This document shows, piece by piece, positions 9,468 through 17,906 of a stretch of 64,000 bases of DNA. The stretch covers positions 8,984 through 72,983 of the forward strand of contig JAWVFH010000010.1 in the NCBI GenBank assembly GCA_033856255.1, in the 5' to 3' direction. Source of the stretch: Solirubrobacterales bacterium. GTDB lineage: Bacteria; Actinomycetota; Thermoleophilia; Solirubrobacterales; 70-9. Under the pieces are notes generated by a model. That model was given only the letters and a program-made list of their open reading frames with translations, was not told the origin of the DNA and made no database searches. Position 1 is the stretch's first letter; every line of letters begins with the position of its first letter. Position numbers and translations under genes: made by a program.

Positions 9468-9664
9468 CAGCCGGGCTTCGGCGGCCGGACCCGCTTGCGC
9501 AGCCGCTCGGCGAGCCGCAACGGCTTCGTCAGCCGCCAGCTCAGCGAGCGCTCATACCGGGCCTTGGTGAGGCCGATTAGCAGTTCGAGCTCGGCGATCC
9601 GCATCGACTTGCGCATCAGCTCGCGATGGAACTGCTCCCGTTGTAGCTCGAGCTCACTGGACAC
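9467..9664 (-). CDS. small coiled-coil protein (65 aa) ending in an S-W-R-L-T-K-P-L-R tail
   Basis: ORF track. Heptad-like charged sequence. Its stop shares one base with the ATG of the tandem GT2 gene (TGATG). Normal composition, unlike shadow ORFs. Confidence 0.55.
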   Translation of the reverse strand: MSSELELQREQFHRELMRKSMRIAELELLIGLTKARYERSLSWRLTKPLRLAERLRKRVRPPKPG

Positions 9665-9688
9665 CGGCCCATAGTAGAGCCAGGGCGC

Positions 9689-10657
9689 CTACCACCAGAC
9701 GGTCGAGTCGATCCCCTCGAGCTCGGAGACCGGGGTCGTGTAGACGCCGGAGGAGAGGTACTTCCAGCCGTCGTCGGGGACCAGGAAGACGACGTTTCCA
9801 CCCTCGAGCTCGGCCGCGATGCGCACGCAGATCGCGGCCACCGCGCCCGCCGAGACGCCCGCGAACAGGCCCTCCTCGTGGAGCAGCTTCTGGGTCCAGA
9901 CGATCGCGTCGCGGTTCGAGACCATGATCTTGCGGTCGAGCACCGAGAGGTCGATGATCGGCGGGATGAAGCCGTCGTCGAGCGAGCGCAGGCCCGAGAC
10001 CGCCTCGCCCTGCATCGGCTCGGCGGCGACGATCTTCGTCTCCGGATCGGCCTCCTTCAGCCGCCTGCCGACGCCCATCAGGGTGCCGCCGGTGCCGAGG
10101 CCGGCGACGAAGGCGGCGATGTCATCGAGCTCGTCGAGGATCTCCACAGCGGTGCCGTGGTAGTGGGCGCCCGGGTTGGCCTCGTTGCCGTACTGATACG
10201 GCATGTAGTACGAGTCGTCGGCGCCGACGATCTCGAGCGCGAGCTCGACGGCGCCGTTCGACCCCTTGGCGCCCTCCGAGTAGACGATCTCGGCTCCGAA
10301 CATGCGCAGCAGCTGCGAGCGCTCCTCGGTGACGTTGTCGGGCATCACGGCCTTGAACGGGTAGCCCTTGCGCCGGCAGATCATCGCCAGCGCGATCCCG
10401 GTGTTGCCCGAGGTGGGCTCGAGCACGGTCTGGCCGGGGGCGATCGCCCCCTCCTCCTCGGCCGCCTCCATCATCGCCTTCGCCACCCGGTCCTTGACCG
10501 AGCCGGTCGGGTTGCGGCCCTCGAGCTTGGCGAAGATGCGGACGCCGGGCTTCGGCGAGAGGCGCGGCAACTCGACGAGGGGCGTGTTGCCGACGGCCTC
10601 GATCAGGTTGCCGTAACGGCCCCCGCAGGGGCGGTTGAGCGTCGGCTCGACAGTCAC
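9689..10657 (-). CDS. cysM: cysteine synthase, CysO-thiocarboxylate-dependent type
   Basis: Protein-like part of ORF 9689..11506. PLP lysine motif NPTGSVKDR, TSGNTG loop, and C-terminal DDGWKYLSSG. Closely resembles M. tuberculosis CysM as I remember it. In-frame GTG at 10657. Confidence 0.85.
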   Translation of the reverse strand: MTVEPTLNRPCGGRYGNLIEAVGNTPLVELPRLSPKPGVRIFAKLEGRNPTGSVKDRVAKAMMEAAEEEGAIAPGQTVLEPTSGNTGIALAMICRRKGYPFKAVMPDNVTEERSQLLRMFGAEIVYSEGAKGSNGAVELALEIVGADDSYYMPYQYGNEANPGAHYHGTAVEILDELDDIAAFVAGLGTGGTLMGVGRRLKEADPETKIVAAEPMQGEAVSGLRSLDDGFIPPIIDLSVLDRKIMVSNRDAIVWTQKLLHEEGLFAGVSAGAVAAICVRIAAELEGGNVVFLVPDDGWKYLSSGVYTTPVSELEGIDSTVWW

Positions 10658-10675
10658 TATAGAAAGGATAGTGCT

Positions 10676-11311
10676 GTGGTCGAAACGGCACGTCTGAACG
10701 GTCTGCTCGCAACGGGGCCACCGTTGCGCGCCGACGCCTGGTCGCTGGACGACGCCGCACTCGAGGCGGTGCTCGCCGAGCTCGAGGGCGGCGCCCGGAC
10801 CGTGGTCGAGTGCGGCTGCGGCCGCAGCACGGTGGTGATCGCGCGGGCGCTGCGCGATCACGGCGGCGGCGCCGTCCACAGCCTCGAGCACGACCCGGCC
10901 TGGGCGCAGCTCTGCCGCCTCCAGCTCGCCGCCGAGGGGCTGGCGACGATCGCGACCGTGATCGAGGCCCCGCTCGAGCCCCACCCGCGCGCCCAGCCGG
11001 GCTGCCACTGGTACGCCCGTTGGGCCCTCGCCGCGCTCCCGGCCCGGGACGTCGAGCTGCTGCTGGTCGACGGCCCCCCGGCCGGCGACGCGGCGATCGA
11101 GCGCAGCCGCTACCCAGCCCTGCCCGAGCTCGCCGGCCGGCTCGCCGGCGGTGCCGTGGTGATCCTCGACGATGCCGGACGCCGCGGCGAGCAATGGGTC
11201 CTGGCGCGGTGGCAGGCCGAGCACGGGCTGCGAGTCCGGCCCGGCGACGAGAGCGGCGCCGCGATCGGTGTATGTTGCGACGACACCCAGGGACAGCTTG
11301 ACCAAGCGTAG
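10676..11311 (+). CDS. class I SAM-dependent methyltransferase (Methyltransf_24-like)
   Basis: Protein-like part of ORF 9878..11311. GTG 10676 is preceded by AAAGGA. Motif I VVECGCGRST and LLLVDGPP. Confidence 0.7.
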   Translation: MVETARLNGLLATGPPLRADAWSLDDAALEAVLAELEGGARTVVECGCGRSTVVIARALRDHGGGAVHSLEHDPAWAQLCRLQLAAEGLATIATVIEAPLEPHPRAQPGCHWYARWALAALPARDVELLLVDGPPAGDAAIERSRYPALPELAGRLAGGAVVILDDAGRRGEQWVLARWQAEHGLRVRPGDESGAAIGVCCDDTQGQLDQA

Positions 11312-11327
11312 GAAGGACTGGAAGCGG

Positions 11328-12197
11328 ATGAGAGGAACTCGGCTTTGGCTCTCGATCGGCCTGCTGGCGCTGCTGGCTTCGGGCCTGATCGCGGCGGGTT
11401 GCGGTAGCGGCGGCGACAGCTCGTCGACGAGCGGATCGGGCGACACGTCTGCGTCCACCGGCGGCGACGTGACGACGATCAGCGACGGCACGCTCCTGAT
11501 CGGCACCGACGCCCCCTATCCGCCGTTCGAGATCGGCACGCCCGCCGACGCGAACTTCAGCGGCTTCGACGTCGACGTCGGCAACGACGTGGCCGAGAAG
11601 CTCGGGCTCACCCCCGAGTTCCAGGACACCTCGTTCGACACGATCTTCCGCGACGTGGCCGCGAACCAGTTCGACATCGTCGTCGCCGCGTCGACGATTA
11701 CGCCCGGTCGCCAGAAGACCGTCAATTTCTCCGATCCCTACTACGAGGCCCAGCAGGCGCTGGTCGTGCCCACGGGCTCCGACATCGCGACCGTCGATGA
11801 TCTCGCAGGCAAGATCGTCTCCGCCCAGGACGGGACCACCGGCGAGACCTACGGCAACGATGAGACCGATGCCTCCGAGGTGCGCGGCTTCCCCGAGGGC
11901 CCGGACGCGATCGCCGCGGTGGTCACGGGCCAGGTCGACGCAGCGATCATCGACGAGCCGGTCGCCGTCGACGCGGTCGACAAGCAGGACGGGATCGAGA
12001 TCGCGACGACGATCCCGACCAACGAGCTCTACGGGATCGCGATGTCGAAGGAGAATCCTGCCCTGCTCGACGCCGTCAACCAGGCCCTGCAGGAGATGAA
12101 GGACGACGGCACGATCCAGAGCCTCTACGACAAGTACCTCGGCGGCAGCCAGGCGCCGGACTCGGTGCTCAACGGAACGACGCAGAATCCTGGCTGA
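11328..12197 (+). CDS. amino-acid ABC transporter substrate-binding lipoprotein
   Basis: Part of ORF 11172..12197 from ATG 11328. Signal peptide with lipobox LIAAGC, then a Ser/Gly linker. Family-3 binding-protein features (GTDAPYPPFE, GFDVDV). Confidence 0.85.
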   Translation: MRGTRLWLSIGLLALLASGLIAAGCGSGGDSSSTSGSGDTSASTGGDVTTISDGTLLIGTDAPYPPFEIGTPADANFSGFDVDVGNDVAEKLGLTPEFQDTSFDTIFRDVAANQFDIVVAASTITPGRQKTVNFSDPYYEAQQALVVPTGSDIATVDDLAGKIVSAQDGTTGETYGNDETDASEVRGFPEGPDAIAAVVTGQVDAAIIDEPVAVDAVDKQDGIEIATTIPTNELYGIAMSKENPALLDAVNQALQEMKDDGTIQSLYDKYLGGSQAPDSVLNGTTQNPG

Positions 12198-12223
12198 CCC
12201 GGGCGCGACAACGAACTAGGTAC

Positions 12224-12247
12224 GCGGGGCGCCTTCGGGCGCCCCGC
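12224..12247 (+). terminator. GC-rich hairpin (10-bp perfect stem, TTCG loop) between the binding-protein and permease genes
   Basis: GCGGGGCGCC-TTCG-GGCGCCCCGC followed by TTGCGTG. The T-tract is weak, so it may act as an attenuator or processing/stability hairpin rather than a full terminator. Confidence 0.5.
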
Positions 12248-12291
12248 TTGCGTGAAGGCCCGCCGGTACGACCCACGAAAGCGCGAGGGAC

Positions 12292-13104
12292 ATGCATTTC
12301 ATACTCGACTACTACTTCGATTTCAGCGGCACCGTTTTTGCCGACGACAACTTCCAGAAGATCCTCAAGGGCTTCCTGCTCACGTGCGAGCTCTCGGTCG
12401 TCGCGGGGATCCTCTCGCTGAGCTGGGGTCTGGTGCTCGCCCTGATGCGCCAGCTTCCCGGCCGGGCTATGGCCCCGGTGCGATGGCTGGCGATCGGCTA
12501 CATCGACGTCTTCCGCGGGATACCCCTGCTGCTGGTCCTGTTGCTGGTCTCCGGGGTCTCGGTCTTCGGCGCCCCGATCGGCGGCGAGGTGCTGCCGCAC
12601 TTCATCGCGACGCCGACCTGGTTCGGCCAGACCGCGCCCTTCTGGTACGGCGTCTTCGGGCTCACGATCACCTACGGCGCCTACATGGCCGAGGTCTACC
12701 GGGCCGGGATCGAGGCGGTCCCGGGCGGTCAGATGGAGGCCGCTCGCTCGCTCGGGATGAGCCACGGCCAGGCGATGCGCTTCGTGATCGTCCCGCAGGC
12801 GGTGACCAAGGTGATCCCGCCGCTGCTCAACGATTTCATCGCCCTGATGAAGGACACCTCGCTGGTCAGCGTCCTGGGCGCGGTCGAGGTCGTCCAGGCC
12901 GGCCGCGACATCCAGAACCAGACCTACAACGGCTCCGGGCTGATCATGGGGGCGATCCTGTTCCTGATCGTGACAATTCCGCTGGCGCGTCTCGTCGACG
13001 TCCTGATCGCCCGCGAGAGGGCGCGTACCCAGCGCGGCGGTCGCGGCGGCGACGAGACCCTGGACGATCCGATGTTGAGCACCGGCGGCGGCGTGACCAT
13101 ATGA
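12292..13104 (+). CDS. amino-acid ABC transporter permease (His/Glu/Gln/Arg/opine family)
   Basis: ORF track, 270 aa. EAA-like loop [29 protein letters not shown] lies ahead of the ATG. Confidence 0.9.
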   Translation: MHFILDYYFDFSGTVFADDNFQKILKGFLLTCELSVVAGILSLSWGLVLALMRQLPGRAMAPVRWLAIGYIDVFRGIPLLLVLLLVSGVSVFGAPIGGEVLPHFIATPTWFGQTAPFWYGVFGLTITYGAYMAEVYRAGIEAVPGGQMEAARSLGMSHGQAMRFVIVPQAVTKVIPPLLNDFIALMKDTSLVSVLGAVEVVQAGRDIQNQTYNGSGLIMGAILFLIVTIPLARLVDVLIARERARTQRGGRGGDETLDDPMLSTGGGVTI

Positions 13105-13874
13105 GCACCGAGCCCGAGAGCGGCGCCGCGGGCGGGCCGGTTCTGGTCCTCGACGACGTTCACAAGCGCTTCGGCCAGCTCGAGGTGCTGCGCGGGATCG
13201 ATCTCTCGATCTCGCGCGGTGAGGTCGTCTGCGTCCTCGGGCCGAGCGGCTCGGGCAAATCGACGCTGCTTCGCTGCATCAACCTGCTCGAGCCGCCGGA
13301 GGGCGGCCGGATCCTCATCAACGGCCACGAGATCACGGGCGACGACCCCGCCTACGGAATCGACTACGTTCGCCAGCGGGTCGGGATCGTGTTCCAGCAG
13401 TTCAACCTGTTCCCGCACAAGTCCGCCCTCGACAACGTCCGCCTCGCTCAGGAGAAGGTGCTCGACCGGTCCCGGGCGGAGGCGGGGGAGAAGGCGCAGT
13501 CGCTGCTCGTCAGGGTGGGGTTGGAGGACAAGGTGGACGAGTTCCCCGACCGGCTCTCCGGCGGCCAGCAACAGCGGGTCGCGATCGCCCGCGCGCTGGC
13601 GATGGATCCCTACTTGATGCTCTTCGACGAGGTCACCTCTGCCCTCGACCCGGAGCTGGTCAAGGAGGTGCTCGACGTGATGCGCGAGCTCGCCGCCGAG
13701 GGGATGACGATGATCGTCGTCACCCACGAGATCGGCTTCGCGCGCGATGTCGCCAGCCGGGTCGTGTTCATGGACGAGGGAGTAATCGTCGAGCAGGGCC
13801 GGCCGGCCGACGTGCTCGACAACCCGAAGGAGCCACGCACACAGCGCTTTCTCGGCCTCGTGCTCGACCACTGA
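13101..13874 (+). CDS. amino-acid ABC transporter ATP-binding protein (GlnQ-like)
   Basis: Part of ORF 12252..13874 from ATG 13101, which overlaps the permease stop (ATGA). [36 protein letters not shown]. Confidence 0.9.
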   Translation: MSTEPESGAAGGPVLVLDDVHKRFGQLEVLRGIDLSISRGEVVCVLGPSGSGKSTLLRCINLLEPPEGGRILINGHEITGDDPAYGIDYVRQRVGIVFQQFNLFPHKSALDNVRLAQEKVLDRSRAEAGEKAQSLLVRVGLEDKVDEFPDRLSGGQQQRVAIARALAMDPYLMLFDEVTSALDPELVKEVLDVMRELAAEGMTMIVVTHEIGFARDVASRVVFMDEGVIVEQGRPADVLDNPKEPRTQRFLGLVLDH

Positions 13875-13941
13875 GAATCAAAGACCGCCAGGCGCTTCCC
13901 TAGGATTGGTGGCGGCCAAGACGGCCGCGTAACTCAGAGAG

Positions 13942-15084
13942 ATGGGAAATCAAGACGACAGCTGGACCGCCACGGAGCGACTCGACAGCTTCGATTGCAC
14001 GCTCGCGAACCTGAGCGAGATCGTCTTCTCGACCCTGGAGGCCGCGGGCGCCCGCACCGTGGCCGAGATCGGCGCGGAGCACGGGCTGTTCACGAAGGAG
14101 CTGCTCGAGTGGGCGTCCCGGACCGGCGCCGGGCCGATCACCGCGATCGACCCCGCCCCCCGCCGGCGGCTCCGGGAGCTCGCGGCGGCCGATCCCGAGC
14201 TGAACCTGATCGTCGCCACCAGCCACGCCGCCCTGCCGGAGCTCGAGCTCCCGGACGCGGTGCTGATCGACGGCGACCACAACTACCACACGGTCAGCGA
14301 GGAGCTGCGGCTGATCGGCGAGCGCGCCCCGGGCGCCGACCTGCCGCTGCTGATGCTGCACGACATCGGCTGGCCGCTGGCGCGGCGCGACAGCTATTCC
14401 GACCCCGAGCGGATCCCCGCCGAGCACCGCCAGCCGCTGGCCGACGACGCCTTCCTCATCCCCGGCGATCCCGGCGTCGGCGAGCGCGGCCTCTACTACG
14501 AGTGCACCGCCGCGCGCGAGGGCGGGCCTCGTAACGGCGTCCTGACCGCGATCGAGGACTTCGTCGGCGAGCGCCCGGAGCTGCGCCTGGCGATCGTGGC
14601 CCCGTTCTTCGGGCTCGGCGTGGTCTGGCACCGCGAGGCCGCCTGGGCGCCCGAGGTCGAGCGCGCGCTCGCGCCCTGGGACCGCAACCCGATGCTGGAG
14701 CGGATGGAGGCCAAGCGGGTCGACCACCTGGTCGCCGAGTTCCTCAACCTGCAGCGGATCGACCAGATGCGCACCGACGACTACGTCTACCGCTATCGGC
14801 TGGTCGGGCGGCTGCTGCCCATCTACGACTCGAGCGCCTTCGCGCTCGCCGAGCGGCTCTCGCGCCTGCGCCGACCAGGGCGGCCGAACGTCACGCGCGC
14901 CGACCTCGGGGCGCTGCTCGACGAGGTGGCCGACGGCGACCTCGATGTCGACCATCTCCGCCACTTCCCGGAGCCGTCCCCCGAAGGCGACGGCGGGCTG
15001 CGGGTTGATCGCGCGAACGGCGACGGCCCGAACCCGTCGCGCACCCCCCCGGCCCGGCCGGACCTCGCTAGCGGGACCTCCTGA
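13942..15084 (+). CDS. class I methyltransferase-like protein (Methyltransf_24-like) with a long C-terminal extension
   Basis: ORF track, 380 aa. VAEIGAEHGLFT, VLIDGDHNYHTV. C-terminal helical region contains SSAFALAERLSRLRR. Confidence 0.7.
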   Translation: MGNQDDSWTATERLDSFDCTLANLSEIVFSTLEAAGARTVAEIGAEHGLFTKELLEWASRTGAGPITAIDPAPRRRLRELAAADPELNLIVATSHAALPELELPDAVLIDGDHNYHTVSEELRLIGERAPGADLPLLMLHDIGWPLARRDSYSDPERIPAEHRQPLADDAFLIPGDPGVGERGLYYECTAAREGGPRNGVLTAIEDFVGERPELRLAIVAPFFGLGVVWHREAAWAPEVERALAPWDRNPMLERMEAKRVDHLVAEFLNLQRIDQMRTDDYVYRYRLVGRLLPIYDSSAFALAERLSRLRRPGRPNVTRADLGALLDEVADGDLDVDHLRHFPEPSPEGDGGLRVDRANGDGPNPSRTPPARPDLASGTS

Positions 15085-15958
15085 TCCGGGCGCCGAGGCG
15101 GCGCAGCGGCTCGGTCCAGGTCCAGCTCGAGCTGCCCCAGGTGGTCATCAACTTGCCGCGGGCATCGTTGCGCTGCAGCTCGGCTCCGCCCATCAGCAAC
15201 CTGTAGGCCGCGGCCTCGGCCTCCGCCCGGCGGGCGCGTTGCGGCCAGTCGGTGTCCTCGTCGCCGCCGAGCTCTCGCTCCCACTTCTCGGCGACCGCGA
15301 CGTAGGCGCGGATCCACTCCTCGGGCTCGCTGATCAGGACGAGCGAGTGGTGGTGGACGACGCGTAGGTTCTCCGTCACCACCTTCTTGCCGGCGGACCT
15401 CGCCTGCAGGCAGATGTCGACGTCGTATCCGTGGTGGCGCCCAATCGACTCGTCGAAGCGCAGGTTGCGCACCGCCCAGGGCGAGAGCACGATCACGCAG
15501 CCGTCGATCGCGTCCACCTCGCCGGTCCCGGCATATGACGGCGGCCCTTCGGCGAGCCAGGAGAGGCCGGGGATCTCGCCGCCGCCGCCGAACTCCTCGT
15601 ATCGCTGGGTCAGCGACGCCCAGGTGACCGAGCCCTCCCACCAGGCGAGACTGCGAACGCCGACCGCCCCGGCGCAACCGACGATCGCGACCTCGGGGTC
15701 CGCAAGCGCCCGGCGGACGTTGGCCGAGAAGCCCGGGTCGACGATCTCGACGTCCTGGTGCAGGAGCACGAGCGCCTCGAGGTCCTCCCGTCCGGCCACC
15801 CGCTCGCAGAGCAGGTTGTAGTTGCGGAAGATCGTCCCGGCGGTCGGCTGAGCCAGCATCTCGGCGTCCGCCACGCCGTCGGTGACCCGCAGGATGCCCG
15901 GCTCGGCGCACCGGGCGAAGACGTTGCCGTCGCTGACTGCACAGGCGTAGACGATCAT
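15068..15958 (-). CDS. glycosyltransferase-like family protein (GT-A-like)
   Basis: Protein-like C-terminal 296 aa of ORF 15068..17098 (MIVYACAVSDGNVF...LLHQDVEIVDP...HGYDVDICLQ). ATG 15958 overlaps the upstream stop (ATGA). Tail: SSSWTWTEPLRRLG. Confidence 0.65.
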   Translation of the reverse strand: MIVYACAVSDGNVFARCAEPGILRVTDGVADAEMLAQPTAGTIFRNYNLLCERVAGREDLEALVLLHQDVEIVDPGFSANVRRALADPEVAIVGCAGAVGVRSLAWWEGSVTWASLTQRYEEFGGGGEIPGLSWLAEGPPSYAGTGEVDAIDGCVIVLSPWAVRNLRFDESIGRHHGYDVDICLQARSAGKKVVTENLRVVHHHSLVLISEPEEWIRAYVAVAEKWERELGGDEDTDWPQRARRAEAEAAAYRLLMGGAELQRNDARGKLMTTWGSSSWTWTEPLRRLGARIRRSR

Positions 15959-17880
15959 CGCTCGATCCCCATCTTGAAGAACTCGACCTCGAAGGAGTCC
16001 GAGCCGGAGCCGAATCCGCCCTGCTTCGCCACGGTGATCGTCGCCGGGTCGGGGGCGAGAGCGAACGGCGCCGGGAAGTCGGCCGCCGCGGGGGCCGAGA
16101 TCAGGAGGCCGTTCTCGGCGGTCGCCGGGACCAGCCGGTGGACCCGGTCGTCGAGCGCGATCAGCCGGCGCACGTCCTTGTAGACCGCGGTCCGCAGCAG
16201 GCCGAGGCCCGACGGCCCGAGATCCCGCAGACGCGCGAACAGCGCCTCGTCCGGTCCCACCCTCGGGACCTCGATCGGCTCGCCGTAGGTGCCGGTCAGC
16301 GTCGCCACCTCGGCCTCCGGGCCACAGCGATCCGGGGCGCGCTCGAGCACCTGATAGCGCTCCGTCGTGCGCACGGCGCGGAAGTCGCAGAGCATCGTCC
16401 TCGTGGTCGCCGGAGCGTCGTAGGGCTGGTAGCGGCCGTCGATCGACTCGGTCGCGGTCCCGCCCGGCCCGAGATGACGGAGGATCAGCCGCGGGCCGTC
16501 GGCGGCGGCGAGCGCGTCGGCGTTGAGCTGGTCGAGGTCGGCGGTGTACGCCTGGTAGGACTGGAACACCGGCAGCGGCCTCCAGTCGAGGTCGTAGGCC
16601 CAGACAGCGGTCGTCTCCCAGGGATCGACCGCGACGCTGCCGCGGCGGAGCAGGGCGAGCGTGCGAGGGTCGAGCGCGTACTCGGCCCGCGCCGCTGCCC
16701 CCTGCGCCACCGCGAGCTCCGTCCTGCGGCCCGGGTCGAGCCCGGTCCGCAGCTGGTCGAAGCCGTCGCGAGCCGCCGCCACCGGCCGGTAGAGGTCGCG
16801 CTCGGCCCGGCCCGTGAGGGGCGCGCCGAGGAGGCCGATCGCGACGACGGCGGCGGCCGCGGCGAACCGCTCCGCCCCCTGCCAGCGCAGAGCCAGCGGC
16901 GGCGCCGCAAGCGCGGCGACAAACGCGTGCATGTGGCCGACGTCGTGGCGGACGAAGCCCTGCTTGACGGCGAACAGGCAGAGCGCAGCGACCACCACGA
17001 GCGACCCCGCGCGCGCGCGTCGCTCCCAGCCGCGGGTCGTCCACGCGGTCGCCCCGAGGGCGGCCGGGACGAGGACCGCCGCGGCGATCCAGTCCCACCC
17101 GACCGCGCCCGCCTCGGTGCCCATCGCCGCCGAGTAGCCGGCGAGGACCTGTAACGCCGCACTGGCGAAGTCATCGATGTTCGACAGCCCCTGGCCGGTG
17201 AGCAGCCACAGCAGCGCGGCCGTCGCCACGAAGGAGCCGGCGAACTCGGCGAGGGCGCGCAGCCTTGGCCCCGGCAGCGCCGCGATCGCGATCGCCAGCA
17301 CGACGAGCACCTCGACCCCGACGTTGAGCTTCACCAGGAGCTCCACGGCGGCGAGGGCACCGCCCCCGATTGCGAGCAGCCGCGGAACCCACGGCGGGCG
17401 TTCGGGGTCGAGGGCGACGAGCGCCCAGACCACCGCGAGCGAGAGCGGCACCGCCTCGGCGCCGGTGATCGCGCAGACGGCGTAAGTCAGCACGGCGCCG
17501 GCCGCGAGCCCGAAGCTCCGGCGTGCCGCCCAGAGCAGGCTGACCGCGAGGGCGGCTCGGATCAGCGCCGTATAGGCGACCCCGAGCGCCGCCGTCCAGT
17601 CGCCGGCGACCGAGGGCTCGAGCAGGTAGCCGAGCGGCCCGTAGGTCCAGGCGAACTCGGTTCCCTGGTCGAGGCCGAGCCGGGCCGCCAAGTTGACGCC
17701 GTTGACGGCGGACGGGTCGAGGCCGGTGGCGACGCCGAGCGGCAGCAGCTCCCAGGTCGCGATCGCGATCAGGACGCCGATCGGGAGCACGATCCAGGAC
17801 GAGCCGGCAACCGAGCGCAGCCCGGCGACGGCGGCACCCCGCCCCGCCGGCCCCTCGGCAGCCACACGGTCGCCCGCCAC
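15955..17880 (-). CDS. large polytopic membrane protein with C-terminal soluble domain, function unknown
   Basis: ORF track, 641 aa. About 12 hydrophobic helices followed by a non-hydrophobic domain of about 230 aa. GTG start. Confidence 0.8.
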   Translation of the reverse strand: MAGDRVAAEGPAGRGAAVAGLRSVAGSSWIVLPIGVLIAIATWELLPLGVATGLDPSAVNGVNLAARLGLDQGTEFAWTYGPLGYLLEPSVAGDWTAALGVAYTALIRAALAVSLLWAARRSFGLAAGAVLTYAVCAITGAEAVPLSLAVVWALVALDPERPPWVPRLLAIGGGALAAVELLVKLNVGVEVLVVLAIAIAALPGPRLRALAEFAGSFVATAALLWLLTGQGLSNIDDFASAALQVLAGYSAAMGTEAGAVGWDWIAAAVLVPAALGATAWTTRGWERRARAGSLVVVAALCLFAVKQGFVRHDVGHMHAFVAALAAPPLALRWQGAERFAAAAAVVAIGLLGAPLTGRAERDLYRPVAAARDGFDQLRTGLDPGRRTELAVAQGAAARAEYALDPRTLALLRRGSVAVDPWETTAVWAYDLDWRPLPVFQSYQAYTADLDQLNADALAAADGPRLILRHLGPGGTATESIDGRYQPYDAPATTRTMLCDFRAVRTTERYQVLERAPDRCGPEAEVATLTGTYGEPIEVPRVGPDEALFARLRDLGPSGLGLLRTAVYKDVRRLIALDDRVHRLVPATAENGLLISAPAAADFPAPFALAPDPATITVAKQGGFGSGSDSFEVEFFKMGIER

Positions 17881-17906
17881 GGCCGGGAAGGCTAGCCTGC
17901 TCCCGG

